Notes under the pieces: model-generated
Seen by the model: only the letters and a program-made list of their open reading frames with translations
Told to the model about the DNA's origin: nothing
Databases searched by the model: none
Translations under genes and position numbers: made by a program
Part shown: positions 9,513 through 18,739 of the stretch, piece by piece
Layout: the number at the start of each line of letters is the position of its first letter
Position numbering within the stretch: position 1 is the first letter of the stretch
Source of the DNA: Polyangiaceae bacterium
Lineage (GTDB): Bacteria; Myxococcota_A; Polyangia; Polyangiales; Polyangiaceae
Direction: 5' to 3'
Length of the DNA: 64,000 nucleotides
NCBI GenBank assembly: GCA_035063585.1
Contig: JAPSGB010000008.1
Coordinates: 245,294 to 309,293, forward strand

Positions 9513-10283
9513 TCAGCGGCGGAGCCAGTCGGCGAGCGCGCGTACCGCGTCGACCAGGAAGTCATCGAGTGGCTTCGCGCCCCCGAAGCCGAGCGGAACG
9601 CCGGCTGACTCGCCGAGCAAGCCGGCGCGCGCGGTCGCCTCCTCGGCCTCTCGTCGGCTCGTCGAGGCGCGGCGCTCGTCCGCCTCCAGGCGCCGCGCCT
9701 CTTCGAGCCCGCCGGTCTCGACGAACCGCATGATCCTTGGCAGCTCGCCGGCGTCGAGCCATACGCCGTGCGCGCGGCACTCGTCGATGATGACGCCGCT
9801 CGAGCGCCCAAAGTTGCGCCGGTTCATCGTGAGCTGGCACATGGGGCACTTGACGTAGACGACGGAGCTCGCGTCCGGAACGAACCGGCGCGGGCGGCGC
9901 GGCGTCTGCTCGCCGTACTTCTCGCGCTGCTCGAGCAGACCCCGAAGCAGCGCATGCTCGACGAACTGGCCGCCGCACTCCCCGCAGTCGAAGAGCGTGC
10001 CCGGGCCGCCGTGAAACTCCTGGAACGGGAGCTGGCAGCGCGTGCACGAGAGGCGGGACGGCGCGCCGTCGGGCTCGAGCCCGAGCGGCTCGCCGCACTC
10101 GGCGCAGAGCGCGTCGTCGGGCACGTTCATGTGAAAGCAGCCCGCGCACCGCACCGAGGCGATGGCGGCGTGGCACTCTGGGCAGCTCCGGAGCGTGCGC
10201 CGGACCTGTCGGCCGCAGCCGGGGCAGAAATACGCCCCGCGCGGGTGGCCGAGGCGCGGCGCGGCGCGGTACGGGTTGGACAC
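9513..10283 (-). CDS. Multi-zinc-ribbon protein (double zinc ribbon plus zf-TFIIB-like repeats)
   Basis: Seven CxxC pairs plus CRAH, and GVWLDAGEL typical of zf-TFIIB. Start is GTG 10283 or ATG 10292. Confidence 0.8.
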   Translation of the reverse strand: MSNPYRAAPRLGHPRGAYFCPGCGRQVRRTLRSCPECHAAIASVRCAGCFHMNVPDDALCAECGEPLGLEPDGAPSRLSCTRCQLPFQEFHGGPGTLFDCGECGGQFVEHALLRGLLEQREKYGEQTPRRPRRFVPDASSVVYVKCPMCQLTMNRRNFGRSSGVIIDECRAHGVWLDAGELPRIMRFVETGGLEEARRLEADERRASTSRREAEEATARAGLLGESAGVPLGFGGAKPLDDFLVDAVRALADWLRR

Positions 10284-10375
10284 GCGCGTCATGGTAGCAC
10301 CCGCGGCCGCCCGCTCGGAGCGCTCGAGGTGAGACGGCGCTTGCCACGAAGGGCCATGAAGACGACCATCGCGTC

Positions 10376-11836
10376 ATGGCGCGGCGCGCTCGACTGGCGG
10401 TTCTCGCCGTACTCGTCGCCGGGTGCGGGCCGGCAGAGGTGGGCGAAGGGCCGCTCGGCGAGCGCTCCGAGCGGGTGTCGGCGCCGTCCGACGCGTACTG
10501 CTCGATCACGGTGACCGGAACCGGCACGATCGATCTCGAGGGCGACTACCTGCCGCACGTGATTCAGTGCGAGAACGGCGGCGCCGGCCTCGAGGCGCTG
10601 AAGGCGCAGGCGATCGCGGCGCGCTCGGTCGCCTACTACGCGATCGCGACCGGCGGCAGCATCTGCGACGGTCAAGGCTGCCAGGTGTACTCGTGCGGCG
10701 CGACGCCGAACGCGACCCAGCGCGCCGCGGTCGACGCGACGCGCGGGATGTACCTCTCGTACGCGGGGATGCTGACCTACGGCTTCTACGTCGCCGGGGA
10801 CGGCGCGACCTCGCCGCCGGCCTGCCGAGGCGCCGGCGGCGCGACGGAGAAGTACGTCACCTATAACCAAGGTAAGAGCGGGACCGGTGTCACGCAGACC
10901 TCGCTTGGCTACATCGGCCCCCCCGGGTACGGGCAAAATCGCGGCTGCATGGGTCAGTGGGGCGCCCGCTGTCTCGAGAACGGCAAGGGCTATGACTACC
11001 GCCAGATCCTGCAATTTTATTACGGCGACGACATCGGCACGCCGATCGCCAAGGGCCCCTGCACCGAGACCACGCCCGCGCTCGACGCCAAGTTCTCGAG
11101 CCAAGGGAGCGACGCGCCGGCCGATCCAGAAGGTAAAGCATATTATGAAGTGTGCGCGGGGGCGCCCGTGACCTTCTGGTTCACGCTCGAGAACACCGGC
11201 ACCGCGACCTGGACCGACAGCGGCGGCTCGGCCACCGGCTCGGCGGTGCGCCTCGGCGTGCCGGGAGACGCGCCGGATCCGTTCCTCGGCGTGAACCGCA
11301 TGAGCCTCGCCGAGAACACCAACCCCGAGGTCGCTCCCGGCGGCGGCGACTGCGACGACCAGCCGACCTGCCGGAAGACGGTGTTCACGACCGGTCCCTC
11401 GCGCCCGGCGCGTGCGCCTCTGGCGCCGGGGCTCTACGAGACGCGCTGGCGGCTCTTGGACGAGGGGCGCACTTGGTTCGGCCCCGAGATGTACCTCACC
11501 TTCGACGTGGTGGATTGCGGGAGCGCGGGCGCAGCCGGGGCCGCTGGTCGGGGCGGCGCGGCCGGCGGCGCGAACGCGGCCGGCGCGGCGGGCTCGGGCT
11601 GGACGAGCGGCGGTGGCGCCGCGGGCGCGGGCGGGAGCGGGGCGCGCGTGGGCGTCGGGCAGCCCGCGCACTCCTCGAACGCCGGTGACGGCGACGGAGG
11701 GTGCGCGTGCCGCGCCGGTTCCGCGCCGAGCCGGCATCATCCGCTCGCGCTGCTCCTGTCGCTCGCCTCTGCGCTCGGGCTCGTGAGGGCGCGCTCGAGG
11801 TATCGCGCGCGCCGGTTCCCTGCCGCCCCGCGCTGA
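10376..11836 (+). CDS. SpoIID/LytB-domain lipoprotein with NBR1-Ig-like domain and MYXO-CTERM tail
   Basis: Lipobox VAGC; YLPHVIQCE...EALKAQAIAARS and CMGQWGA...YRQILQFYY (SpoIID); LENTGTATW...PGLYETRWRL (NBR1-Ig-like); GGCACRAG plus TM helix and Arg-rich end. Confidence 0.8.
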   Translation: MARRARLAVLAVLVAGCGPAEVGEGPLGERSERVSAPSDAYCSITVTGTGTIDLEGDYLPHVIQCENGGAGLEALKAQAIAARSVAYYAIATGGSICDGQGCQVYSCGATPNATQRAAVDATRGMYLSYAGMLTYGFYVAGDGATSPPACRGAGGATEKYVTYNQGKSGTGVTQTSLGYIGPPGYGQNRGCMGQWGARCLENGKGYDYRQILQFYYGDDIGTPIAKGPCTETTPALDAKFSSQGSDAPADPEGKAYYEVCAGAPVTFWFTLENTGTATWTDSGGSATGSAVRLGVPGDAPDPFLGVNRMSLAENTNPEVAPGGGDCDDQPTCRKTVFTTGPSRPARAPLAPGLYETRWRLLDEGRTWFGPEMYLTFDVVDCGSAGAAGAAGRGGAAGGANAAGAAGSGWTSGGGAAGAGGSGARVGVGQPAHSSNAGDGDGGCACRAGSAPSRHHPLALLLSLASALGLVRARSRYRARRFPAAPR

Positions 11837-11881
11837 CCGTCGGGGTCGCGAGGGCCGCCGGCTCGCGCTATGGTCGCGAGG

Positions 11882-12901
11882 ATGCAGGTAGACGCGAAGC
11901 AACTCCGCGCGCTCGCCGAGGCGCGCGTCGGCCGGTCGCTGCGCGACAAGTGGACGCTCGATCGCCTGCTCGATACCGGAGGCATGGCGAGCGTCTACGC
12001 AGGGACGCATCGCAACGGAAAGCGCGGCGCGGTCAAGGTCCTCCACCCGGCGTTCGGGGCGCACGAGCAGGTTCGCGCGCGGTTTCTACGGGAGGGCTAC
12101 GCGGCCAACAAGGTCGGGCACCCCGGCGCGGTCGAGGTGCTCGACGATGACGTGACCGAGGACGGCTCGGTCTTCCTGGTGATGGAGCTCCTCGAGGGCG
12201 AAGCGCTGAGCGAGCGGATGCGGCGGACGCGCGTGCTCACGCCGCTCGAGGCGTTCTTCGCGATGGAGCGGCTCTGCGACGTGCTCGTCGCCGCGCACGA
12301 GAAGGGCATCGTGCATCGCGACATCAAGCCCGCCAACGTATTTGTGACCCGTGACGGCCGCATCAAGCTCCTCGACTTCGGGCTGGCGCGGGTGCGCGAT
12401 CTCGCGACCAGCAAGGACGTCACCGGCACGCTCGACGGCGTCGTGCTCGGGACCACCGCCTACCTTCCTCCCGAGCAAGCCCGCGGGAGGCCGGGCGAGA
12501 TCGACGGACGGACCGATCTCTGGGCGCTCGGGGCGATGACCTTCACGGCGCTGAGCGGTCAGCTCGTGCACCCCGAGGGCACCCCGGTGCAGCGCATCCT
12601 CGCGGCGGCGCGCAGTCCAGCCCGCTCGGTACGGACGGTCGCGCCCACGCTCCCCGACGACGCGGTCGCCGTGATCGATCGTGCGCTCGCCTTCGAGAAG
12701 GCGGACCGCTTTCCTGACGCGCGCGCGATGCAAGCGGAGGCTCGCGCGGTGTTCGCGCGGCTCGGGCGCGCGGGCGCGGCGCCGAAGAGCGTGCGGGCTC
12801 CCGCGTCGGAGGGGTCCGGGTCGCTCGACATCGACGTCGCGATCGACCTCGATCCGCTCACCATGAGCATCTCGTTCGCGCTCACGGAGACCGACGAGTG
12901 A
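11882..12901 (+). CDS. Soluble Hanks-type Ser/Thr protein kinase
   Basis: GGMASVY, AVKVL, HRDIKPAN, DFGLA, PPEQ and DLWALG; no TM segment. Confidence 0.93.
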   Translation: MQVDAKQLRALAEARVGRSLRDKWTLDRLLDTGGMASVYAGTHRNGKRGAVKVLHPAFGAHEQVRARFLREGYAANKVGHPGAVEVLDDDVTEDGSVFLVMELLEGEALSERMRRTRVLTPLEAFFAMERLCDVLVAAHEKGIVHRDIKPANVFVTRDGRIKLLDFGLARVRDLATSKDVTGTLDGVVLGTTAYLPPEQARGRPGEIDGRTDLWALGAMTFTALSGQLVHPEGTPVQRILAAARSPARSVRTVAPTLPDDAVAVIDRALAFEKADRFPDARAMQAEARAVFARLGRAGAAPKSVRAPASEGSGSLDIDVAIDLDPLTMSISFALTETDE

Positions 12902-12961
12902 GGCCGAGCGCGCGTGCTCCCCGCTGACGCGCTCGGCCGAGCGCGCTAGGCTCGGCCGAGG

Positions 12962-14932
12962 ATGGCCGACCAACCCTGGATCATGCGGACGTACTCGGGG
13001 CACAGCACCCCGAAGGCGTCCAACGAGCTCTATCGAGCAAACCTCGCGCGCGGACAGACGGGGCTCAGCGTGGCCTTCGATCTGCCGACCCAGCTCGGCT
13101 ACGACTCGGACGCGCCCGAGGCGCGCGGCGAGGTCGGGCGGACGGGGGTGCCGATTTGCCACCTCGGAGACATGCGCGCGCTCTTCGACGGCATCGCGCT
13201 CGAGCGCATGAACACCTCGATGACCATCAACGCGACCGCCGCGTGGCTGCTCGCGCTCTACGTGGCCGCCGCCGAAGAGCAGGGCGCGAGCGTCGCGAAG
13301 CTCCGGGGGACCACCCAGAACGACATCATCAAGGAGTACCTCTCGCGCGGCACCTACATCTTCCCGCCCGCGCCGAGCCTGCGGCTCATCGCGGACGTGA
13401 TCCTGTTCGCGGTGCGCGAAATCCCCGACTTCAACCCGACCAACGTGTGCAGCTATCACCTCCAGGAGGCGGGCGCGACGCCCGAGCAGGAGATCGCCTA
13501 CGCGCTCAGCACCGCCATCGCGGTGCTCGACGCGGTGAGAGCGCGCGGCGTCGAGGGCGGCGAGTTCGCGCAGGTGTTCGGGCGGCTCTCGTTCTTCTTG
13601 AACTCGAGCATCCGGTTCGTCGACGAGGTGTGCAAGGAGCGCGCCTTCACCGAGCTCTGGGACCGCCTCGGCCGAGAGCGGTACGAGGTCGCCGAGCCCG
13701 CGCTTCGCCGCTTCCGCTACGGCGTGCAGGTGAATTCGCTCGGGCTCACCGAACAGCAGCCCGAGAACAACATCGTCCGGATCGCCTTCGAGATGCTCGG
13801 AGTCACGCTGAGTCGACGTGCGCGCGCTCGCGCCGTGCAGCTCCCGGCGTGGAACGAGGCGCTCGGGCTGCCACGCCCGTGGGATCAGCAGCTCAGCCTC
13901 CGTACCCAGCAGATCCTCGCCTTCGAGACCGACCTGCTCGAGCACGGCGATCTCTTCGACGGCTCGCGGGTCGTCGAGGCGCGCTCGCGCGAGATCGCGG
14001 AGGCCGCGTGGGCCGAGGTCGAGGCGGTGCTCGCGCAGGGCGGCGCGGTGGCGGCGGTCGAGAGCGGGTACATCAAGGAGCGCCTGGTCGCCGCGAACGC
14101 GGCGCGCCTCGCGGCCATCGAGAGCGGCGCGCGGGTGGTGGTGGGGGTGAACCGCTACACCGAGAGCGCGCCGAGCCCGCTCACCGCGGCCGGCGCGGGC
14201 GTGATCCTGGAGATCGATCCCGAGGCCGAGCGCGAGCAGATCGAGCGGCTGCGAGCGTGGCGAGCGGAGCGCGATGCCGGCGCGGTCGCGCGCGCCCTCG
14301 GCGCGCTCCGCGAGGCGGCTGCGAGCGGCGAGAACGTGATGCCGGCGTCGATCGCCGCGGCCAAGGCCGGCGTCACCACTGGCGAGTGGGCCGGCGCGCT
14401 GCGCGAGGTGTTCGGCGAGTATCGCGCCCCGACCGGCGTCGGCGGCGCGCGCTCGCCCGCGCTCGCCGAGGACCGGCTCGCGGCGCTCCGCGAGGAGGTG
14501 AGCGCGCTCGAGCAGGTGCTCGGTCGCAGGCCGCGGCTGCTCATCGGCAAGCCCGGCCTCGACGGACACTCGAACGGCGCGGAGCAGATCGCGCTCCGCG
14601 CGCGCGACGCCGGCTTCGAGGTCGTCTATCAAGGGATCCGGTCCTCGCCGAGCGAGCTCGCGCGCTCGGCGGTCGACGAGGGAGTGCACCTGGTCGGGCT
14701 GTCGGTGCTGAGCGGCGCGCACCTGCCGCTCGTCCGCGAGGTGCTCGCGAAGCTCCGCGAGCGCGGCGCGGGCGACCTGCCGGTGGTCGCCGGCGGGATC
14801 ATCCCGGAGGGCGACGCGGAGGCGCTCCGGGAGCTGGGCGTCGCGCGGGTCTTCACCCCGAAAGATTTCGACCTGTCGCGGATCTTGACGGAGCTCGTCG
14901 CCGTCGTAAAAAGCGCGCATGCTGCCGGCTGA
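12962..14932 (+). CDS. ecm: Ethylmalonyl-CoA mutase (MeaA), B12-dependent
   Basis: PWIMRTYSGHS and RYGVQVNSLG carry the Ecm-specific His and Asn; B12-binding motif DGHSNG. Confidence 0.95.
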   Translation: MADQPWIMRTYSGHSTPKASNELYRANLARGQTGLSVAFDLPTQLGYDSDAPEARGEVGRTGVPICHLGDMRALFDGIALERMNTSMTINATAAWLLALYVAAAEEQGASVAKLRGTTQNDIIKEYLSRGTYIFPPAPSLRLIADVILFAVREIPDFNPTNVCSYHLQEAGATPEQEIAYALSTAIAVLDAVRARGVEGGEFAQVFGRLSFFLNSSIRFVDEVCKERAFTELWDRLGRERYEVAEPALRRFRYGVQVNSLGLTEQQPENNIVRIAFEMLGVTLSRRARARAVQLPAWNEALGLPRPWDQQLSLRTQQILAFETDLLEHGDLFDGSRVVEARSREIAEAAWAEVEAVLAQGGAVAAVESGYIKERLVAANAARLAAIESGARVVVGVNRYTESAPSPLTAAGAGVILEIDPEAEREQIERLRAWRAERDAGAVARALGALREAAASGENVMPASIAAAKAGVTTGEWAGALREVFGEYRAPTGVGGARSPALAEDRLAALREEVSALEQVLGRRPRLLIGKPGLDGHSNGAEQIALRARDAGFEVVYQGIRSSPSELARSAVDEGVHLVGLSVLSGAHLPLVREVLAKLRERGAGDLPVVAGGIIPEGDAEALRELGVARVFTPKDFDLSRILTELVAVVKSAHAAG

Positions 14933-15872
14933 GCTCGCGAGCGGCGTCGCGCGCCGCGAGCCGCGCGCGGTCGCGCGCGCCATCTCGCTCGTGGAGGACC
15001 GGCGCGAGGAGGCGGCGCCGCGCATCGCCGCGCTCCTCGGAGCGCTCCCGAGCCGCGGCGGCGAGGAGCGGGTCGGCATCACCGGGCCGCCCGGGGTCGG
15101 CAAGAGCAGCCTCGTGAGCGCGCTGGCGCGCGTGGCGCGCGCCTCGGGTCGAACCGTGGGCGTGCTCGCCGTGGATCCATCGAGCCCGAGGAGCGGCGGC
15201 GCGCTGCTCGGGGACCGCGCGCGCATCGAGCTCGAGCCCGACGACACCGGCCTCTTCGTCCGCAGCATGGCGAGCGGCGGCGCGCTCGGCGGCCTCGCGA
15301 GCGCAGCGGGGGCCGCCATCGAGGTGCTCGCCGCGGCGTACGACCTCGTGCTCATCGAGACCACCGGGGTCGGCCAGAGCGAGACGGACGTCGAGCACGT
15401 CGCCGACACGGTGGTGATGGTGGTGCAGCCCGCGTCCGGGGACGTGCTCCAGTTCTTGAAGAGCGGGATCATCGAGATCCCGGACGTCTTCGTGGTGAAC
15501 AAGGCGGATCTCGGCGAGATCGCGGCGCGCGCGCGCGCCGAGCTGGCGGCGGCGCTCGACGCCGTCCACGCGGGCGAGCAGCCAGCGTGGCGGGCGCCGG
15601 TCATCAGCACGAGCGTGCCGGAGCGCAGGGGCTTCGATGAGCTCCTCGGCGTCATCGACGCGCACCGCGCGCACCTCGAAGCGACGTGCGGGATCGTCGC
15701 GCGCCGTCGGCGGGCCGCCGCGGCGTGGTCGCTCCGGCTCTTCCTGCGCCGCTACGGCGAGGTGGGCGTGGAGCGCGCTGGCGGCGCGAGCGCGCTCCGG
15801 GCACGGTTCGAGCGTGAGCTCGCCGCGGGGCGAACCGCCTTCGAGGCGGTTCGCGACGCCGGACGGCCCTGA
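14919..15872 (+). CDS. meaB: MeaB/ArgK mutase-associated GTPase chaperone
   Basis: GPPGVGKS, AVDPSS, GGALLGDR, ETTGVGQSE and NKAD; overlaps the 3' end of ecm. Confidence 0.93.
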   Translation: MLPAELASGVARREPRAVARAISLVEDRREEAAPRIAALLGALPSRGGEERVGITGPPGVGKSSLVSALARVARASGRTVGVLAVDPSSPRSGGALLGDRARIELEPDDTGLFVRSMASGGALGGLASAAGAAIEVLAAAYDLVLIETTGVGQSETDVEHVADTVVMVVQPASGDVLQFLKSGIIEIPDVFVVNKADLGEIAARARAELAAALDAVHAGEQPAWRAPVISTSVPERRGFDELLGVIDAHRAHLEATCGIVARRRRAAAAWSLRLFLRRYGEVGVERAGGASALRARFERELAAGRTAFEAVRDAGRP

Positions 15873-15894
15873 GGCCGCGCACGGGGGCCGCGGC

Positions 15895-16035
15895 TCAGGT
15901 CGCGGTCTTCGGCGGCGCCTTGGGCTGAGCCGCCTGCGCGTGCTCTTCGGCGCGCCGGAGCTCCCACTCGAGGTTCTTCTTGGCGCGACGCTTTCGCTGC
16001 CGCCGGCGCGTGCGAGGATCTTGGGGCGTTCCCAT
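15895..16035 (-). CDS. Unannotated 46-aa highly basic small protein (MGTPQDPRTRRRQRKRRAKKNLEWELRRAEEHAQAAQPKAPPKTAT)
   Basis: ATG 16035 to TGA 15895 fills the meaB-esterase gap; codons such as AAG, GAG and AAC look coding; TAGACA lies 9 nt upstream. Confidence 0.6.
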   Translation of the reverse strand: MGTPQDPRTRRRQRKRRAKKNLEWELRRAEEHAQAAQPKAPPKTAT

Positions 16036-16210
16036 GGCGCGCCGTGTCTAGCGCACCTTCCGCGCCATGTCGCGCGGAATTTTCTCGCGGGCGGGCCCGG
16101 CGGTTCCGCGCCGGGCCCGCCCACCCCCTCGGTCGTTCGAGGATGGCGGCTCGGGGCCGCCTCGGTCCCTTGCGCCGCGCTGCGTCAAGACGCACCTTGG
16201 AGGGCGTTGC

Positions 16211-17485
16211 ATGATATCTTGGCTGTTTCTCGCGGTAAGCCTGGTTGGGGCGGGGTTCACGGTGAACGCCTTCCTGCCGGCGCGGCGCGCCGGGCCGCTC
16301 TACCTGCCGAGCTTCTTCGCGTCGTGGCTCACCATCGAGCTCGCCGCCCATCACCTCGCCTGGCAGGCGCTCGCGACCGGCGGGTTCGTCGTGGCGGGCG
16401 CGCTCCGCGCGTGGCCCGGCGAGGTCGGGTTCGTCATCACGCTGGTGAGCTGGGCCGGGCTGCTCGCGCTGTGGAGCGAGGGGCGCCGCAGCGAGCGAGC
16501 GATGCGCCGCGAGCTCGGCCCGCTCCTCTCGAGCGGAGCGCGGCCCCGCGTGCCGCTGTGGCGGCGCGTCACGCCGTTTCCGTTTCGGAGCGCGCGGGTG
16601 AGGCGCACCAACGGCGTCGAGTTCGCGCGGGTCGGCGGCCAGCGGCTCCGGCTCGACGTGTACGAGCCGCGCGAGCCGGGCGCGCGCCGCCCCGCAGTGC
16701 TGCAGATCCACGGTGGCGCGTGGATCCTGGGCGACAAGAAGACCCAGGGGGTGCCGCTGCTCACTCACCTGGCCGCGAGCGGCTGGGTCTGCTTCAACGT
16801 GAACTACCGGCTGAGCCCGGCGGCGACCTTTCCGGACCATCTGGTCGACCTCAAGCGCGCGCTCGCGTGGATCCGCGAGCACGCCGCAACCTACGGGGTC
16901 GATCCGCGCTTCATCGCCGTCACCGGCGGGAGCGCGGGCGGGCACCTCACGGCGCTCATGGCGCTCACCGAGAACGAGCCCCGCTATCAGCCGGGCTTCG
17001 AGGAGGCGGACACCTCGGTGCAGGCCGCGGTGCCCTTCTACGGCATCTACGATTTCTCTCCGGAGACCAGCCGCTTGCCGAGAGCGTTCTATCGGCGCGT
17101 GCTCGAGCCGTGGGTGATGAAGGCGTTCGCGGCCGACGAGCCCGAGCGCTTCCGCGAGGCGTCGCCCATCGCGCACGTGCGCGCGGACGCGCCGCCGTTC
17201 CTCGTGCTGCATGGCGATCGCGATACCTTGGCGCCACTCGCCGGCGCGCGGCGGTTCGTGGACGCGCTCCGGGCCCGGTCGCGCGCGCCCGTGCGCTACG
17301 TCGAGCTCGCCGGCGCGCAGCACGCCTTCGACGTGTTCCCTTCGCCGCGCTCGGTGCCGGTGATCGAGGGCGTGGAGCGCTTCCTCTCGGCGACGCGCGC
17401 GGCCGCTCGGGACGCGGCCGTGGAGAGCGGGCGGCAATCGGGCGAAGCCGTGCGCGCTCACGAGGCCGCCGCGCCGGCCGCCTGA
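16211..17485 (+). CDS. Membrane-anchored alpha/beta hydrolase (HSL-family esterase/lipase)
   Basis: N-terminal TM helices, HGGAW oxyanion motif, GGSAGG nucleophile, HGDRD and HAFD; GGAGG before ATG 16211. Confidence 0.88.
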   Translation: MISWLFLAVSLVGAGFTVNAFLPARRAGPLYLPSFFASWLTIELAAHHLAWQALATGGFVVAGALRAWPGEVGFVITLVSWAGLLALWSEGRRSERAMRRELGPLLSSGARPRVPLWRRVTPFPFRSARVRRTNGVEFARVGGQRLRLDVYEPREPGARRPAVLQIHGGAWILGDKKTQGVPLLTHLAASGWVCFNVNYRLSPAATFPDHLVDLKRALAWIREHAATYGVDPRFIAVTGGSAGGHLTALMALTENEPRYQPGFEEADTSVQAAVPFYGIYDFSPETSRLPRAFYRRVLEPWVMKAFAADEPERFREASPIAHVRADAPPFLVLHGDRDTLAPLAGARRFVDALRARSRAPVRYVELAGAQHAFDVFPSPRSVPVIEGVERFLSATRAAARDAAVESGRQSGEAVRAHEAAAPAA

Positions 17486-17516
17486 GCGCGGGCGCGCGGC
17501 GTGAAGCGCGCCCGCG

Positions 17517-18659
17517 TCACTTCACGAGGGTGAGGCAGCCGAGCACGATGCTGATGGTGGCCTGGAAATCGTGCTTCACGCTGTCGCAGACGCTCGGGCA
17601 GAGCACGATTTGGGTCGGGCTCGTCGGGTCGTCGTAGGTCCAGTCGCCGCCCTTGGCGCAGTCGCCGCTCGCGAGCTTGGTCTTGGGGCCGCCCGAGCCG
17701 AGCTCCACGTTGACGTGCGCGGTATCGTACTTGCCGCTCGAGACGTCACTCGGGAGCTGGTACTCGCAGGGGAGCGCCTCACCGCGCACCGTCGCGAGCG
17801 CGTCGCGGAACTCCTGCTCGACGTTGGTGCTCGAGACGACGATCGCGCTCGTCGTGCCGCCGGCCTGCGCGATCGTGTCCGCGAAGGTCTGGTCGACGCC
17901 GGGCAGGCCAACGACGAACGTCCGCACCGGTGGGGAGAAGCTCGCGCCGGCTGCGGCGAGCTTCGCGATCTCGGCCGTGCTCGTCGGATCGACCCCCGCG
18001 CAGGAGTCCGCCGGACCTTGCGGGACGCCGTCGGTCACGAGGAGCACCGCCGCCGAGTGGCCGGGGTTATTCTGCGCGACCTCGATCCCGGCGAGGAGCC
18101 CGCCGCCGAGTGCCGGCCAGGTCGGGGTCGTGAGTCCATTCGGAGCCGCGGCGGCGATGGCGTCGAGCAGCGCCTGCCGGTTGCCGGGGAGGGGCGCGAA
18201 CGGCGTGTCGGGCGTCGCGTACGCGTGCTGGTCGCAGAGCGCGGGGCCGCCGGGCGGGCGAGGGAAGAACTTGAGCGCGACCGCGACGCCGTCGGAGTTC
18301 GGGTCCGATACGAACGCGCTGAGGCCCGCCTTCGCGGCTTCCCACTTGAAGCCGTACATGCTCGACGACTTGTCCATCAAGACGTAGAGATGGAGCGGCC
18401 TGCTCTTCCCCTTCTCGGACACACCGAAGCAGCCGGCGTCCTCGTTGGCGTCGGGGGTCCCCGCCTCGAAGCCGGTCGTGCCCGCGCCGCCGGTCGCGCT
18501 CGCGCCGCCGGCCGCGCCGCCCAGACCCCCGGTCGCTCCGCTGCCTCCCGAGCCGACGCTCGAGGGCGGCGCGGCGTCCGCGCCGGAGCCGCAGGCGATG
18601 AACGCGGCGGTTGCGGTCGACCAGCAAGCGAGAATGACGCGGCGCGCTGTAGGCGACAT
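17517..18659 (-). CDS. vWA-domain lipoprotein with Gly-rich linker
   Basis: Lipobox FIAC, MIDAS motif DKSSS, TPT and LVTDG, Cys-rich tail; GGAGGAG ribosome-binding site. Confidence 0.88.
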   Translation of the reverse strand: MSPTARRVILACWSTATAAFIACGSGADAAPPSSVGSGGSGATGGLGGAAGGASATGGAGTTGFEAGTPDANEDAGCFGVSEKGKSRPLHLYVLMDKSSSMYGFKWEAAKAGLSAFVSDPNSDGVAVALKFFPRPPGGPALCDQHAYATPDTPFAPLPGNRQALLDAIAAAAPNGLTTPTWPALGGGLLAGIEVAQNNPGHSAAVLLVTDGVPQGPADSCAGVDPTSTAEIAKLAAAGASFSPPVRTFVVGLPGVDQTFADTIAQAGGTTSAIVVSSTNVEQEFRDALATVRGEALPCEYQLPSDVSSGKYDTAHVNVELGSGGPKTKLASGDCAKGGDWTYDDPTSPTQIVLCPSVCDSVKHDFQATISIVLGCLTLVK

Positions 18660-18739
18660 GAAGCTCCTCCGGAGGATAACCCAGCCGCGCCGCGCACGCC
18701 CGCTTGAGCTAGCGCGAGGGACGGTCCACACTCGCGGTC

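Noticed and set aside
11882..12901. Ser/Thr kinase as a dedicated regulator of ecm
   Set aside because: The only evidence is adjacency; ecm has its own -10-like box and such kinases are abundant in myxobacteria.
18501..18519. Partial match to the dispersed repeat inside the vWA gene
   Set aside because: It is explained by Gly/Ala codons (GGAAGGA) and lacks the GACCG end.
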